Shown here piece by piece: positions 1 to 12,624 of a stretch of DNA of 64,000 bases. The stretch's first letter is position 1. Each line of letters starts with the position of its first letter. Origin of the DNA: an uncultured Gemmatimonadales bacterium. GTDB taxonomy: Bacteria > Gemmatimonadota > Gemmatimonadetes > Longimicrobiales > Gaopeijiaceae. Below the pieces are notes generated by a model. It made no database searches and was not told the origin of the DNA. It saw nothing but the letters and a program-made list of their open reading frames with translations. Where the stretch lies: NCBI GenBank assembly GCA_963823035.1, contig CAWGKG010000012.1:352001-416000 (forward strand), in the 5' to 3' direction. A program made the translations under genes and the position numbers.

Positions 1-513
1 GCGCGGTCGCCGCCAGCATGGCCAGCCCGAGCCGCGCGCTGCCGAGCAGCCCTCGCGAGGGAAGGACGCGGGCGCCGAGGGCCGCGAGACCCGTTCCCCG
101 TGCGATCCGACCTCCCAGGAAGAACGCGCGGCGAAGCCGGGCGCTCGCGAAGACGCGCAGGAGGAGCCGGTTGAGGAGTCCGCCCTCCCGGTGCCGGGTG
201 GCCACGTCGCGGGCCAGCTCGAGGAGAGAGCCGTACTCGACGCCGGACGGACAGACGGGCTCGCAGGCGCGGCAGCCCAGGCAGCGGTCGATGTGCGTCT
301 GGAAGGCGTCCGCTCCCGGGTCGAGCCGGCCTTCCACCACGGCGCGCATGAGGTACAGGCGTCCACGCGGCGAATCCGCCTCGTCGCCGAGCCGGTTGTA
401 GGTCGGGCAGGCGGGGAGGCAGAAGCCGCAGTGCACGCACGTGAGCAGGCGCTCGCGCTGCCGGTCGAGCGCACGCGTCAGGGAGTCCGCGGCAGCCGTC
501 GTCGTCGGAACGG

Positions 514-517
<4 letters not shown>
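1..517 (-). CDS. glcF: Glycolate/lactate oxidase Fe-S subunit GlcF (partial, runs off the left end)
   Basis: Manual minus-strand translation from ATG 517 gives ...[19 protein letters not shown]...[13 protein letters not shown]...[21 protein letters not shown], with two 4Fe-4S motifs typical of GlcF. Not in the ORF track. ATGA overlap with the upstream ALDH stop. Confidence 0.9.
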
Positions 518-2058
<1,541 letters not shown>

Positions 2059-2062
<4 letters not shown>

Positions 2063-3312
2063 GCCCCGAACCGCCCAGGAGCGAGCACACCCTGCGGATC
2101 GAACCGCGTCCTGATCGCCGAGCCGAGCGTGCCGGCGCGGCCGCGATCCCCGTAGGCGCCCACCGCGGAGGCCAGCTCCCGCGGAGCCCGCTCGAGGGTC
2201 ATGCTCCCCCCGATGGTCTCGAGGCGCCGGCGGAGGACGGTGAGTGCGAAGGCGTCCACGCGTCCGGCCTCGACGAGCGCCGCGCGCACGCGTCCAGCCA
2301 TGACGTCCGCCATGATCGCGCACCCCGGTAGCCCCTCCGTCGCCGCGGACAGGACCGCCGCGAGGGACGCCGGGGGGGCGGTGGCGCGGACCACCAGCGT
2401 GCCCGTCGCCGCGTGGTCCGCTGCGTCCGTGAAGAGCGCGGCCGCCCGCTCGCCCTCGCTGAGGGCCGGATCCACCTTCACCCCCGCGAGGATGCGCGCC
2501 CCGTCCGACTCGACGCCGGCCGGCGCACCCTGCAGGCGCACGACCAGGGCGGCCCCGCTCCCCTCCCACGGATCCGGTGCCACCAGGACGGCCGACGCGG
2601 GCACCACGGGGGACATCGCCACGGCCCTCGCGACCGGGAGGAGCTCCGCGGGTCTCGCCGCGCGCACCACGAGGGCGCGCTCCATCTCCGGGCGGGGGAA
2701 GACCCGCACGGTGGCCGACACCACCACGCCCAGCGTGCCGTGGCTGCCCACCACGAGCTTCACGAGATCGAAGCCCGCAACGTTCTTCATCACCCTCCCG
2801 CCCAGGTGCAGCACCCGGCCGTCGCCCGTCACCAGGGTGAGGCCGAGCACGTGGTCGCGCGGCGACCCGTATGCCGAGCCGAGCGGCCCCGCGGCGCCGG
2901 TCGCCACCAGGCCTCCCAGCGTGCGACGCGAGGCGAACGGCGGGTCCACGGGGAGCCACTGCCCCTTCGCGGCCAGCTCCCCGTCGAGGTCGCCCAGGAG
3001 GGTGCCCGCGCCGGCCGTGATCGTCAGATCGGCCGGCTCGTAGTCCTCGATGCCGGTGAGGCGGGCCGTGGAGAGCACCACGAAGGGGCCGGACGGCGGC
3101 TCGCAGCCCGGAGCCGTGCATCCGCCGAGCGGCACGACGCCCACGCCCGCCTGCTCCGCGGCCGCCAGCGCGCCCTTCACCTCGCTGATCGACACGGGGC
3201 TCACGATCCCCTCCGGCGAGGCGCCTCCGAGCGTCCAGGCGGACGAGTCGGTGGGCACCGCCAGCGCCCCTCTCGGGAACGCCGCCTCGAGCGCCGCGGC
3301 AAGCGCGCTCAC
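2059..3312 (-). CDS. glcE: FAD-binding glycolate oxidase subunit GlcE
   Basis: C-terminal part of ORF 2059..4332 contains YEPADLTITAGAGT, TLGGLVATG, GGRVMKNVAGFDLVKL, FDPQGVLAPGRF. Confidence 0.85.
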
Positions 3313-4774
3313 GGGACCGCCGCCCCCTGGGGCGGCGGGGCGGTCACGACGGCCTCCTCCGCGTCGGGGAGCACCTTGCCCGGGTTGAGCAGCCCCGACG
3401 GATCGAAGACGTCCCGCACCGAGCGCATGGCCTCGATCTCGTCCGGACGGTACACGAGGTGCATGTACTTCCGCTTGTCCACGCCGACGCCGTGCTCTCC
3501 GGTGATCGTCCCGCCGGCGGCCACACAGACGGCCATGATCTCGTGGGACGCAGCCTCCACGCGCGCCAGCTCGTCGGCGTTGCGTCGGTCGAAGAGCAGC
3601 TTGGGATGCAGGTTGCCGTCCCCGGCGTGGAAGACGTTCGCCACGCGCAGACCGTGGGCCGCCCCGATCTCGCGGATGCGCGCGAGCACGTCGGGCAGCT
3701 TCGTGCGCGGAACCGTGGCGTCCTGCACGATCAGATCCGGCGCCAGTCGGCCGAAGGCGCCGAATGCCTTCTTCCGCCCCTTCCACAGCGCGTCGCGCTC
3801 CGCGTCGTTGCGGGCACGGCGGACCTCGCGCGCTCCGTGCTCCATGCACAGCGCCTCCGCCCGCGCGGCGTCCGCCTCGAGCGCCGCCTCGGTACCGTCG
3901 AACTCCACCACCAGGGCGGCGCCGGCATCCGTCGGATATCCTGCCGCGAAGACCGAAGCCTCGACGGCCGCGATCGAGGACTGGTCCATGATCTCGAGCG
4001 CCGCGGGGAGCAAGCCGGCACCGACCACCGCGGTGACCGCACGGCCCGCGTCCTCGAGGGTCTCGAAGATCGCGAGGAGCGTACGCACACCTTCCGGAAG
4101 GGGGAGGAGGCGCACCTCGATCTCGGCGGCCACGCCGAAGCACCCCTCCGAGCCCACGAAGGCGCCGACCAGGTCGTAGGAGGATTCCGGGTCCGTGCCC
4201 GCGCCTCCGAGCTCCACGACCTCGCCGTCGGAGAGCACCACCGTAAGACCCGTGATGTAGCGCGAGGTGACGCCGTACTTGAGGCAGTGTGGGCCACCCG
4301 AGTTCTCGGCGACGTTCCCTCCGATCGTGCACGCCGTCTGTGAGGACGGGTCGGGAGCGTAGTACAGGCCATGTGGACGGGCCGCCTCGCTCAGGCGGGC
4401 GTTGACCACGCCCGGCTGCATGCGCGCGATGCGGTTCTCCGGGTCGATGGAGAGGATGCGCGTCATACGCGCGGTCCCCACGACCACGGCGCCGTCTCCC
4501 GCGAGAGCCCCGCCCGAGAGCCCGGTCCCCGCACCGCGAGGCACGATCGGGATCCCCGCGCGTCGCAGGGCACGCCCATCACCCCGGCCACCTCGGCGGT
4601 GGTGGATGGGAGGACGACGGCGCGCGGCGGCCATCGATACGCCGTCAGCCCGTCGGACTCATAGACGAGGAGGCGATCGGGATCCGTGATGACGTGCTCC
4701 GGCCCCACCAGCTCGCCGAGTCGGCGGTGCAGGGAGGCGGGAAGGGTGGGAGGCACGGGGGAAGGCCGTCTCAT
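3309..4774 (-). CDS. glcD: FAD-linked glycolate oxidase subunit GlcD (frameshift near 4570)
   Basis: VYESDGLT, VPRGAGTGLSGGA, YAPDPSSQTACTIGGNVAENSGGPHCLKYG, HAGDGNLHP, GEHGVG, LLNPGK. Confidence 0.92.
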
Positions 4775-4906
4775 GGCGGGGCGTGGGCGGATCCGGAGGC
4801 ACGCGTCCGGAACACCCCGACGATAGAGCGGCGGCGGCCCCTCAAGCAACCGATCGCGACGGACGCCGAGGGGGCCCGGGTCCGCGAGCGCCGGCTCGGG
4901 CGTAGC

Positions 4907-5656
4907 TCAGCCGGCTCGCGCGCGCACGTGATCGAGGAGCGCCTGGAGGCTCATCGCGGCGGCCCCATGCACCTCCGAGGGGAGCCGGTCTCCGTAGACC
5001 GCGAGCACGAGCTCTTCCGCCGTGGCGTCGGGGCGCTCCACCAGGGCCGCCTCGACCTGCGCGATGCGGTCCAGCCGGTGGCGCTCGTAGCGGTCCAGCG
5101 CGGCCCGCACGTCTTCCACGGGCGGCCCGTGCGCGGGGTACAGCACGACCGGCGCCAGCGACCGAACGCGCCGAAGCGAGGCCAGGTAGTCCGCCACGCA
5201 CCCCGGGTATTCGCCGACCCAGGTGGTGTCGCCCTCGCCAAGCATGAGGTCGCCCACGAAGAGGGCGTCGCGTTCCCGCCAGTGGAAGCTCAGGTGGTCG
5301 GCCGTATGACCCGGCGTGTGGACGGCCACGAGCGTCCCGGCGTCGGTCACGATCTCGTCGCCGTCCGCGAGGGGAACCGTGACCCCATCCACGGTCGCCG
5401 GGCCCAGCAGGCGCGCGCCGAGCGCGTGCGCCACGGACCGCGCGCAACCGGCGTGGTCGGCGTGGCCGTGCGTCACGACGACGCGCACTGCGTCCGCGTC
5501 GCCCACCCAGGCGACGAGAGCCCGGACGTGATCCGCCACGTCCGGGCCCGGGTCGAGGAGCACCGCCTCGCGCACTCCCACACGGTACGTGCGGGTTCCG
5601 TCGAGCGTGAAGGGGCCGGCGTTGCCGGCGCTCAGGTACGGTGGGTGTTCGCCCAC
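4907..5656 (-). CDS. MBL-fold metallo-hydrolase (LACTB2-like)
   Basis: NAGPFTLDGT, THGHADH, HTPGHTADH, LYPAHGP. Confidence 0.85.
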   Translation of the reverse strand: MGEHPPYLSAGNAGPFTLDGTRTYRVGVREAVLLDPGPDVADHVRALVAWVGDADAVRVVVTHGHADHAGCARSVAHALGARLLGPATVDGVTVPLADGDEIVTDAGTLVAVHTPGHTADHLSFHWRERDALFVGDLMLGEGDTTWVGEYPGCVADYLASLRRVRSLAPVVLYPAHGPPVEDVRAALDRYERHRLDRIAQVEAALVERPDATAEELVLAVYGDRLPSEVHGAAAMSLQALLDHVRARAG

Positions 5657-5672
5657 CGGGGGCGACTCCCCC

Positions 5673-6143
5673 TCAGCGACGCTCGGCGGCGAGTTGCTCG
5701 GCGAGCTTGTCGGCTACGCCCTGCAGCCCGAGCTCGTCCTCCTCCGTGAAGACGGCCGCGTCCTCGGAGTCGATGTCGATCTGACCGAAGATCTCGTCGC
5801 CCGCACGGATCAGCACGACGATCTCCGACTGCACATCGGGCGAGCAGGCGAGGTAGTTCTCCTCCTTGCTCACGTCCGGGACGTTGAGGTTCGACTTCTC
5901 GGCCACCGCGCGGCCGCAGATGCCCGTCCCCACCGGGATCTTCGCGTGCTCCGTGGGCGAGCCCACGTAGTTGTGCAGCCAGAGCTCGGCCGCCTCCGTG
6001 TTGAGGAGGTAGACGCCCGTCCAGTTGTAGCGGTCGTCGGACGACGCGATGGTCCGCACCGCGTAGCGCAGGAGCGCGTCGGACAGATGTCCCTCGTCGC
6101 GCATCGTCTGCAGGTCCTTCACCAGCTTTCCACCTTCCAGCAT
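5673..6143 (-). CDS. msrC: GAF-domain protein, free methionine-R-sulfoxide reductase-like
   Basis: NWTGVYL, IPVGTGICG, YLACSPDVQSEIVV, QIDIDS motifs match the fRMsr family. Confidence 0.7.
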   Translation of the reverse strand: MLEGGKLVKDLQTMRDEGHLSDALLRYAVRTIASSDDRYNWTGVYLLNTEAAELWLHNYVGSPTEHAKIPVGTGICGRAVAEKSNLNVPDVSKEENYLACSPDVQSEIVVLIRAGDEIFGQIDIDSEDAAVFTEEDELGLQGVADKLAEQLAAERR

Positions 6144-6269
6144 GCTTTCCGAATCCCTCAGGCGGTTCCACCCGCGCCGGCGAGGCCCCGTGCGAGCTTC
6201 CTGCGACCTTCGATCCCGAGCGCCTCTCCGAGTGAGAGGACGAGCCACGGCCCTCGGACCAAGCCTTAA

Positions 6270-6298
6270 AGGCTAGAGAAGGGCCCGCAGGGCGTCAA
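6270..6298 (-). promoter_or_regulatory. Putative sigma70 promoter for the GAF gene
   Basis: Minus strand TTGACG (6298-6293), 17 nt spacer, TAGCCT (6275-6270). Confidence 0.5.
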
Positions 6299-6300
6299 TC

Positions 6301-7368
6301 TCAGCGAGGCGTGAAGTCCGTGTCGGGCCCCAGCCGCCGGATGAACGCCGCGATCAGCCGCGCCGTGTTCCGCAGGTCACCCACGCTGACCAACTCGTTC
6401 GGAGAGTGCATGTAGCGGTTCGGCACCGAGACGAGACCGGTGGGCACGCCCGCGCGCGTCAGGTAGATCGCGTCGGCGTCCGTGCGCGTCGAGCGCGGCG
6501 AAGCCTGGATGGTGTGCGGGATCTCCTCCTCCTCCGCGGCACGCACCAGCGCCTCGAACACCTCGTTGTGCGACGCCGAGCCGCGGCTCAGCACCGGTCC
6601 GCCGCCGATCTCGTGCTCTCCCAGCTCCTTCTTTTCGATGTCGGGGACATCCGTGCTGAAGGTGACGTCCACCGCGATGGCCACGTCGGGCTCGAGCGAG
6701 AACGCGCTCGTGCGCGCCCCGCCGCCCGAGTAGCCGATCTCCTCCTGGACGGTCGCGACCGCGGTGACCGAAGCCGCCGGCGGATCCCCGGCCAGGAGGC
6801 GCAAGGACTCGAGGACGACGTAGGCGCCGATGCGGTTGTCGATCGCCCGGCTGACGATCCGGTCGCCGGCGAGGTGGACCATCTTCTGCGCCAGCACGGC
6901 CGGGTCACCGACACGGATCCCCAGCTCCGTCACTTCCTCGCGGGAGGCGGCACCCACGTCCACCCAGAGGTTCTTGGTCTTCGACGCCTTCCCCCGATCC
7001 TCCTGAGTGATCAGGTGGATGGGCTTCTTCCCGATCACTCCCGGCACGTCTCCCGCGCGCCCGAGGATCGTCACGCGCTGCCCCACCAGCACCTGCGGAT
7101 CCCACCCCCCGATCTCGTCGACGTACAGAAAGCCCTTCTCGTCCACCCAGGTGACCTGCAGCCCGATCTCGTCGATGTGACCGGCGAGCATCACGCGCGG
7201 CCGGCCCTCCGCGTTCAGGGTGGCGAAGGAGTTGCCGCTGACATCGACGCGCACGTCGTGCAGGAAGGTGCCGGCCTCCTCACGCCACACGCGCGCCGGG
7301 CGCACTTCGAAGCCGGACGGTCCGGCGGCGTCGAGAAGCCTCTCGAGGAAGGAGATGTCTTGGGCCAT
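6301..7368 (-). CDS. M42 family metallopeptidase (aminopeptidase)
   Basis: GPSGFE, LAGHIDEIG, IGGWDP, SRAIDNRIG, TVQEEIG, AVDVT, RYMHSPNE. Confidence 0.92.
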   Translation of the reverse strand: MAQDISFLERLLDAAGPSGFEVRPARVWREEAGTFLHDVRVDVSGNSFATLNAEGRPRVMLAGHIDEIGLQVTWVDEKGFLYVDEIGGWDPQVLVGQRVTILGRAGDVPGVIGKKPIHLITQEDRGKASKTKNLWVDVGAASREEVTELGIRVGDPAVLAQKMVHLAGDRIVSRAIDNRIGAYVVLESLRLLAGDPPAASVTAVATVQEEIGYSGGGARTSAFSLEPDVAIAVDVTFSTDVPDIEKKELGEHEIGGGPVLSRGSASHNEVFEALVRAAEEEEIPHTIQASPRSTRTDADAIYLTRAGVPTGLVSVPNRYMHSPNELVSVGDLRNTARLIAAFIRRLGPDTDFTPR

Positions 7369-7461
7369 GGAGCTGTGGAGAAGGTCCGGAATCGGACGTG
7401 GGGAGAGGGCGAAACAAGCTAGGTCCCACCCGGTCCGATGATCCAGAGGCGGGCGCGGCCT

Positions 7462-7992
7462 CTACAGCCCGGGATCGTCCTCGCGGGGCGGCACGCGGAT
7501 CTCCTTCTCGGGATCGAGGCCCGCCCCGGGACCCCCGGCGCGTCCGCCGCTCCCTCCGGGACGCTCGCCGAACGGCATGCCGAACCCTCCCGGCCCCATG
7601 ACCGTGAAGCGGAGCGTCCCGGCCTGGAGGTTTCGCTCCAGGGAGGCGCGCGCGCGCGCCTGGATCCACCTGCGCGTCGGGGGGAAGAGGAGCGCGAAGC
7701 CCGTCAGATCCGTGAGGATCCCGGGCGTGAGGAGGAACGCGCCGCCGATCAGGACGGAGATCCCGTCCTGGAGCGCCTGGCCGGGAAGCCGTCCCTGCGC
7801 CAGCTCCTTCTGGAACCGCCAGAAGACGCGCATCCCCTCGGCCCGGGCGAGCGCCGCGCCGGTCACGCCGGTCACCACCACCAGGGCGAGCGTGGGCAGG
7901 AGGCCGACCCATTCCCCGATGCGGATCAGGAGCATGAGCTCCGCGATCGGCACGAGGACGAAGAGGATGGCGAGGCGCGACAGGAAGGACAT
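7462..7992 (-). CDS. fxsA: FxsA family membrane protein
   Basis: LFVLVPIAEL, TGVTGAALARAEG, GGAFLLTPGILTD. Confidence 0.9.
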   Translation of the reverse strand: MSFLSRLAILFVLVPIAELMLLIRIGEWVGLLPTLALVVVTGVTGAALARAEGMRVFWRFQKELAQGRLPGQALQDGISVLIGGAFLLTPGILTDLTGFALLFPPTRRWIQARARASLERNLQAGTLRFTVMGPGGFGMPFGERPGGSGGRAGGPGAGLDPEKEIRVPPREDDPGL

Positions 7993-8111
7993 GGGCTCCT
8001 CTACCCGCGAGCGTCGGGCCGGGGTCCGGCCGGCCCGGGGGAGGACCCCTGGCCCCCTCAGGGGGTAGCTTTCGGCTTCGCGTGAACCGCCATCGAGACG
8101 GACCGGTTTCC

Positions 8112-9358
8112 ATGGAGCAGACGTACTTCCGCAAGGGCTTCGGGCTCAAGAAGGAGCTCAAGCCGCTCATCGACGCAGAGTACCACTCGGCGCTGGTGGA
8201 GCGGATCCGCGCCCGCGGCTACACCGACACCTTCGGCGACGTCACGGTCCGCCTCGCCCAGGAGTTCGGGTTCTGCTACGGCGTCGACCGTGCGGTCGAC
8301 TACGCGTACGAGACCGTGCACAAGTTCCCCGAGCGCGTGATCTGGCTGGTGGGCGAGATCATCCACAACCCGCACGTCAACCAGCGCATGACGGACATGG
8401 GGATCCGGTTCATCTACCCGGATCCCGTGGGCCGCTTCGACTTCTCGCCCGTGACCGCGGATGACGTGGTCATCCTCCCCGCCTTCGGCGTCACCACGCA
8501 CGACTTCGAGACGCTGAAGGGCGTGGGCTGCATCCTCGTGGACACGACCTGCGGGTCGGTGCTGCACGTGTGGAAGCGCGTGGAGGGCTACGCGCGCGAC
8601 GGATTCACCTCGATCATCCACGGCAAGTACTCCCACGAGGAGTCGAGGGCCACGGCCTCCCAGGCGTCCAAGTACAACCACGGGAAGTACATCGTGGTGC
8701 GGGACATGGCGGAGGCGATGGTGGTGTGTGACTACATCGCCGGGCGCCCGGGCCAGCTGGATCGCGAGGCGTTCGTGGAGCACTTCGCCCACAAGTCGAC
8801 GCCCGGCTTCGATCCGGACACCGACCTGGGGAAGGTGGGCGTCGCGAACCAGACGACCATGCTCGCGAGCGAGTCGATCGCGATCGGGATGAAGGTCCAC
8901 GAGGCGATGGTCGAACGGTACGGCCTGGACGACATCAAGGAGCACTACCGGTCGTTCGGCACGATCTGCTCGGCCACACAGGAGCGGCAGGACGCGGTCG
9001 CCGAGATGATGGACCAGCCCCCGGACATCATGATCGTGATCGGCGGCTACAACTCCTCGAACACGAACCACCTCGCGCACCTGTGCCGCCAGCACACCCG
9101 CACCTTCCACATCGAGGACGCGTCCTGCATCGACGTGGAGAACGGGCCATATCCGCCACAAGCCGGTGCTGGATCCCGTCGGCGCCGGAGGTGTCCGACG
9201 AGCGCTGGCTGCCCGAGGGACCGTTCCAGCTCGGCATCACGGCCGGCGCGTCGACGCCGAACAACAAGATCGGTGAGGCCGTGACGCGGATCCTGGGAAT
9301 CCGCGGGATCGAGGTCGATCTCGGCGTCGCGGAGGAAGAGGAGACGCAGCCGGCCTGA
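8112..9358 (+). CDS. ispH: 4-hydroxy-3-methylbut-2-enyl diphosphate reductase (frameshift near 9145)
   Basis: FGFCYGVDRAV, EIIHNPHVN, DTTCGSV, NQTTM, TICSATQERQ, GGYNSSNT, and GITAGASTP in the second frame. Confidence 0.95.
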
Positions 9359-9362
9359 GGCG

Positions 9363-9882
9363 TCAGGCCAGCTCGCTCTCCCGCACGGCACGCCCGAGCT
9401 TCTTGAGGAGGGCGCGCATCTGCTCCTGCTCCTCCCCGTCGAGGTGCGATGTCAGCCGCTCGATGTAGTCGCGGTGGCCCGGGAAGACGTCGGCGATCAG
9501 CGCCTTTCCCTGCTCGGTCAGCTTCGCCTGGATGATCCGTCGATCCTCGCGGGGAGCGCTCCCGGCGGACCAGCCCCTGGTCCTCGAGCCGATCCATCAC
9601 GTAGGTCACGTTCCCCCCGGTCACCAGCAGCTTCTCGGCCAGCTCACCGAGCGACAGCGGCCCGAGGTGGTGCAGCGCCTCCAGGATGCCGAACTGCGGC
9701 GTCGTCAGGCCGTACTCCTGCACCTTGCAGGCGACGGCACGGGAGAAGGTGGAGTAGCAGCGCGCCAGGGCGATCCAGAGCCGCAGCGCCCGCTCCTGCT
9801 CCTCGGGCCACTCCCGCGAGGCGGGCGTGTCCGGATCGAGGCGGCCGTCCGGGGTCGATCCCATGTCGGGTGCGATCGCCAT
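9363..9882 (-). CDS. MarR family transcriptional regulator (frameshift near 9555)
   Basis: LWIALARCY...GLTTPQFGILEAL...LGELAEKLLVTGGNVTYVMDRLEDQGLVRR...DRR...LTEQG. The start overlaps the lpdA stop. Confidence 0.88.
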
Positions 9883-11298
9883 CAGATGTGGATCGGGCGC
9901 CCGAGGGCCGCCAGCGCTCCTTCCGAGACTCCTTCGGACAGCGTCGGATGCGGATGCATCGCCTTCTCCATCTCCTCGACGGTGGACTCCAGGTGGCGTC
10001 CGATCACGAACTCGGCGATCAGCTCCGTGGCACTCGGACCCACGATGTGTGCCCCCAGGATCTCGGAGTACTGCTTGTCCCGCACGATCTTCACGAACCC
10101 GTCCGCGTGGCCGGCCGCGACCGCGCGGCCGATGGCCACCCACGGCAGCTTGCCGACCTCGATGTCGAAGCCCTGCTCCCGGGCCTGGGCCTCGGTCAGG
10201 CCCACCGAAGCCACCTCGGGGTGGCAGTAGGTGCAGTTGGGGACGTTGCCGTAGTCGACGGTCCCGTGGCCCTGCCCGGCGATGTGCTCGACACAGACGA
10301 TCCCCTCGTGGCTGGCCTTGTGCGCGAGGAGCTGATGGCCCGCCACGTCTCCGATGGCGTAGACGCCCGTCCACGTTCGTACGCAGATGCTCGTCCACGA
10401 TGACGAAGCCGCGCTCGTCGGTCTTCACGCCCGCCGTGTCGAGGCCCAGCCCCTCGGAGTTGGGAACGCGGCCCACGGCGGACAGCACGTAGTCGACCTT
10501 GGTCTCGTGCGCCTCGCCCTTGGCGTCCTTGAACGTGACGTTCACGCCGTCGTCCTGGATGTCCGCCTTCTCGAAGCGCGCCGACGTGTGGATGTCCATG
10601 CCGCGCTTCTTGTAGGCGCGCTCCATGAACTTGGAGACATCTTCGTCCTCGAGCGGGAGGATGCGCTCGAGCGCCTCGACGATGGTGACCTTGGTGCCGT
10701 AGGAGGCGTAGACGTCGGCGAACTCCATCCCGATGGCGCCGGCGCCCACGATCAGGAGCGACCCGGGCGCCTTCTGCTGCATGAGCGCGCCGGTGGAGGA
10801 CCAGATGCGGTCCTCGTCGATCTTCAGGACCGGCAGATCCCGAGGCCTCGACCCCGTCGCGATGATGACGTTCTTCGCCTCGACGGTGCGCTTGGCGCCG
10901 TCGGGACCCTCGACCTCGATCTGACCCTTCCCCTTCAGGCGGCCGAACCCCTCGACGTGCGTGACCTTGTTCTTCTTGAAGAGGTGCGCGATGCCGCGGT
11001 TCATCTGATCGGCCACGGAGCGGCTCCGCTTCTGCGCGGGGCCGAGATCGAAGGAGACCTCCTTGGCGACGATGCCGTGCTTCTCGCCGTCCTTCATCTC
11101 GTTGACCAGGAGCGCGCTCGTGAGCAGCGCCTTGGTGGGGATGCAGCCGATGTTGAGGCAGACGCCACCGAGCTTGTCGACCTCGATGCACGCCACGCTC
11201 AGGCCGAGCTGCGCCGCGCGGATCGCCGCCACGTAGCCACCCGGTCCGCTGCCGATGATCGCAACGTCGAAGCGGTCGCCATTCTCCTTGCCAGCCAC
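9882..11298 (-). CDS. lpdA: Dihydrolipoamide dehydrogenase E3 (frameshift near 10370)
   Basis: GSGPGGYVAA, GGVCLNIGCIPTK, GAGAIGMEFA, LAHKASHEG, HPHPTLSE. Confidence 0.95.
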
Positions 11299-11350
11299 GC
11301 GCTACCTCGCTCTTGGAAGAGGGGCGGACAGCCCCCGGATCATCTTGGAA

Positions 11351-11395
11351 CGTTGAAGAATCAACGAAGTTAGGTCGCCCCGTCGGGACGGTAAA
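11351..11395 (-). promoter_or_regulatory. Putative lpdA-marR promoter with palindromic operator
   Basis: Minus strand TTTACC (11395-11390), 17 nt spacer, TAACTT (11372-11367), immediately followed by the palindrome CGTTGA-N4-TCAACG (11351-11366). Confidence 0.55.
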
Positions 11396-11458
11396 CCCCG
11401 CAGAGGGGCGGAAGAGCCGCTTCGCACGTGGCCGTCGAGGCACGTACCTTTCCGCCCC

Positions 11459-12623
11459 ATGACCGTCCGGAACCCGCCGCCCCCCGGCGCCTCGCTACGC
11501 GTGGCCTTCGTGGTCCAGGGTGAGGGCCGAGGGCACATGACGCAGGCGCTGGCGTTGGCGCACATGCTACGCGTGGCGGGGCACCGCGTGGTGAAGGTCT
11601 TCCTGGGACGTAGCCACTTCCGACCCGTTCCGCGCTACTTCGAGGAGGGCGTGCGCGCGCCGGTGAGCACGTTCACGGCGCCGACACTCGTGCCCGGCAC
11701 GGACAGGCGGGCCGTCTCCGTCGCCGCGACCGCCGTGAACAGCACGCTCCGCTTCCCCGCCTACGTGGCTGCCGGCGTGCGCCTGGCCCGCGAGCTCCGC
11801 CCCGAAGACGTCGACGTCGTCGTCAACTTCTACGACCTGGTGGGTGCGCTGTCGCGCGCCGTGCTCGGGGCGCCGGTCCCCTCCGTCACCCTCGCCCACA
11901 ACTATTGGTTCGTGCACAGGGCCGCCGGCATCCCACCCGGCTCGCCGCTGGCGCGCGCGGCCTTCACGATGCTGACGCGGGCCTCGATGCTCCGGTCGGA
12001 CGTGCGCCTCGCGCTCGCCTTCGGTCCCGGTCCCGTGGATGCCGACCTCGAGATGCGCATCGCGCCACCCCTCCTGCGCGGCCTCCCTCCTCGGCGTCAC
12101 CCCCGTTCCGGGCGACTACCTCCTCGCCTACGCGGTCAACCCGGGCTACGCGAACGACCTCGCCACCTGGCACCGCGAGCGGCGCGGGCCCGTGGAGATG
12201 CACTGCTTCGTCGAGGGGGGCGAGCGAGCCCTCCGGGTCGAGGCCGCCGCGGGCTTCCACATGCACGACCTCGACGACGCTGCCTTCGTCGAGCGGATGG
12301 CGGGATGCCGCGCGTACGTGGGATCCGCGGGGTTCGAATCGCTGTGCGAGGCGTTCCACCTGGGCAAGCCGGTGCTCGCCGTTCCCACGGCGGGACAGCC
12401 GGAGCAGGCGCTCAACGCGTGGGACGCCGCCAGGTGTGGCGTGGCTCGTGCAGGGAGCTACGCCGAGCTGGACGACTTCCTCGAAAGACCCTCCGTTCCG
12501 GACCCCGAAGCCGTCCGGTCCTTCCGCACGTGGACGGCGGAAGCGCCCCGACATCACGTGGCGGCGGTTGAAGAGGCGGCGTACAATCCTCGTATCCAGC
12601 GCAACTCCATCGGGAGAAGCTGA
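11459..12623 (+). CDS. GT-B glycosyltransferase (MJ1255-like/GT28-related; frameshift near 12085)
   Basis: N-terminal VQGEGRGHMTQA; C-terminal SAGFESLCEAFHLGKPVLAVPTAGQPEQALNA. Confidence 0.8.
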
Positions 12624-12624
12624 C

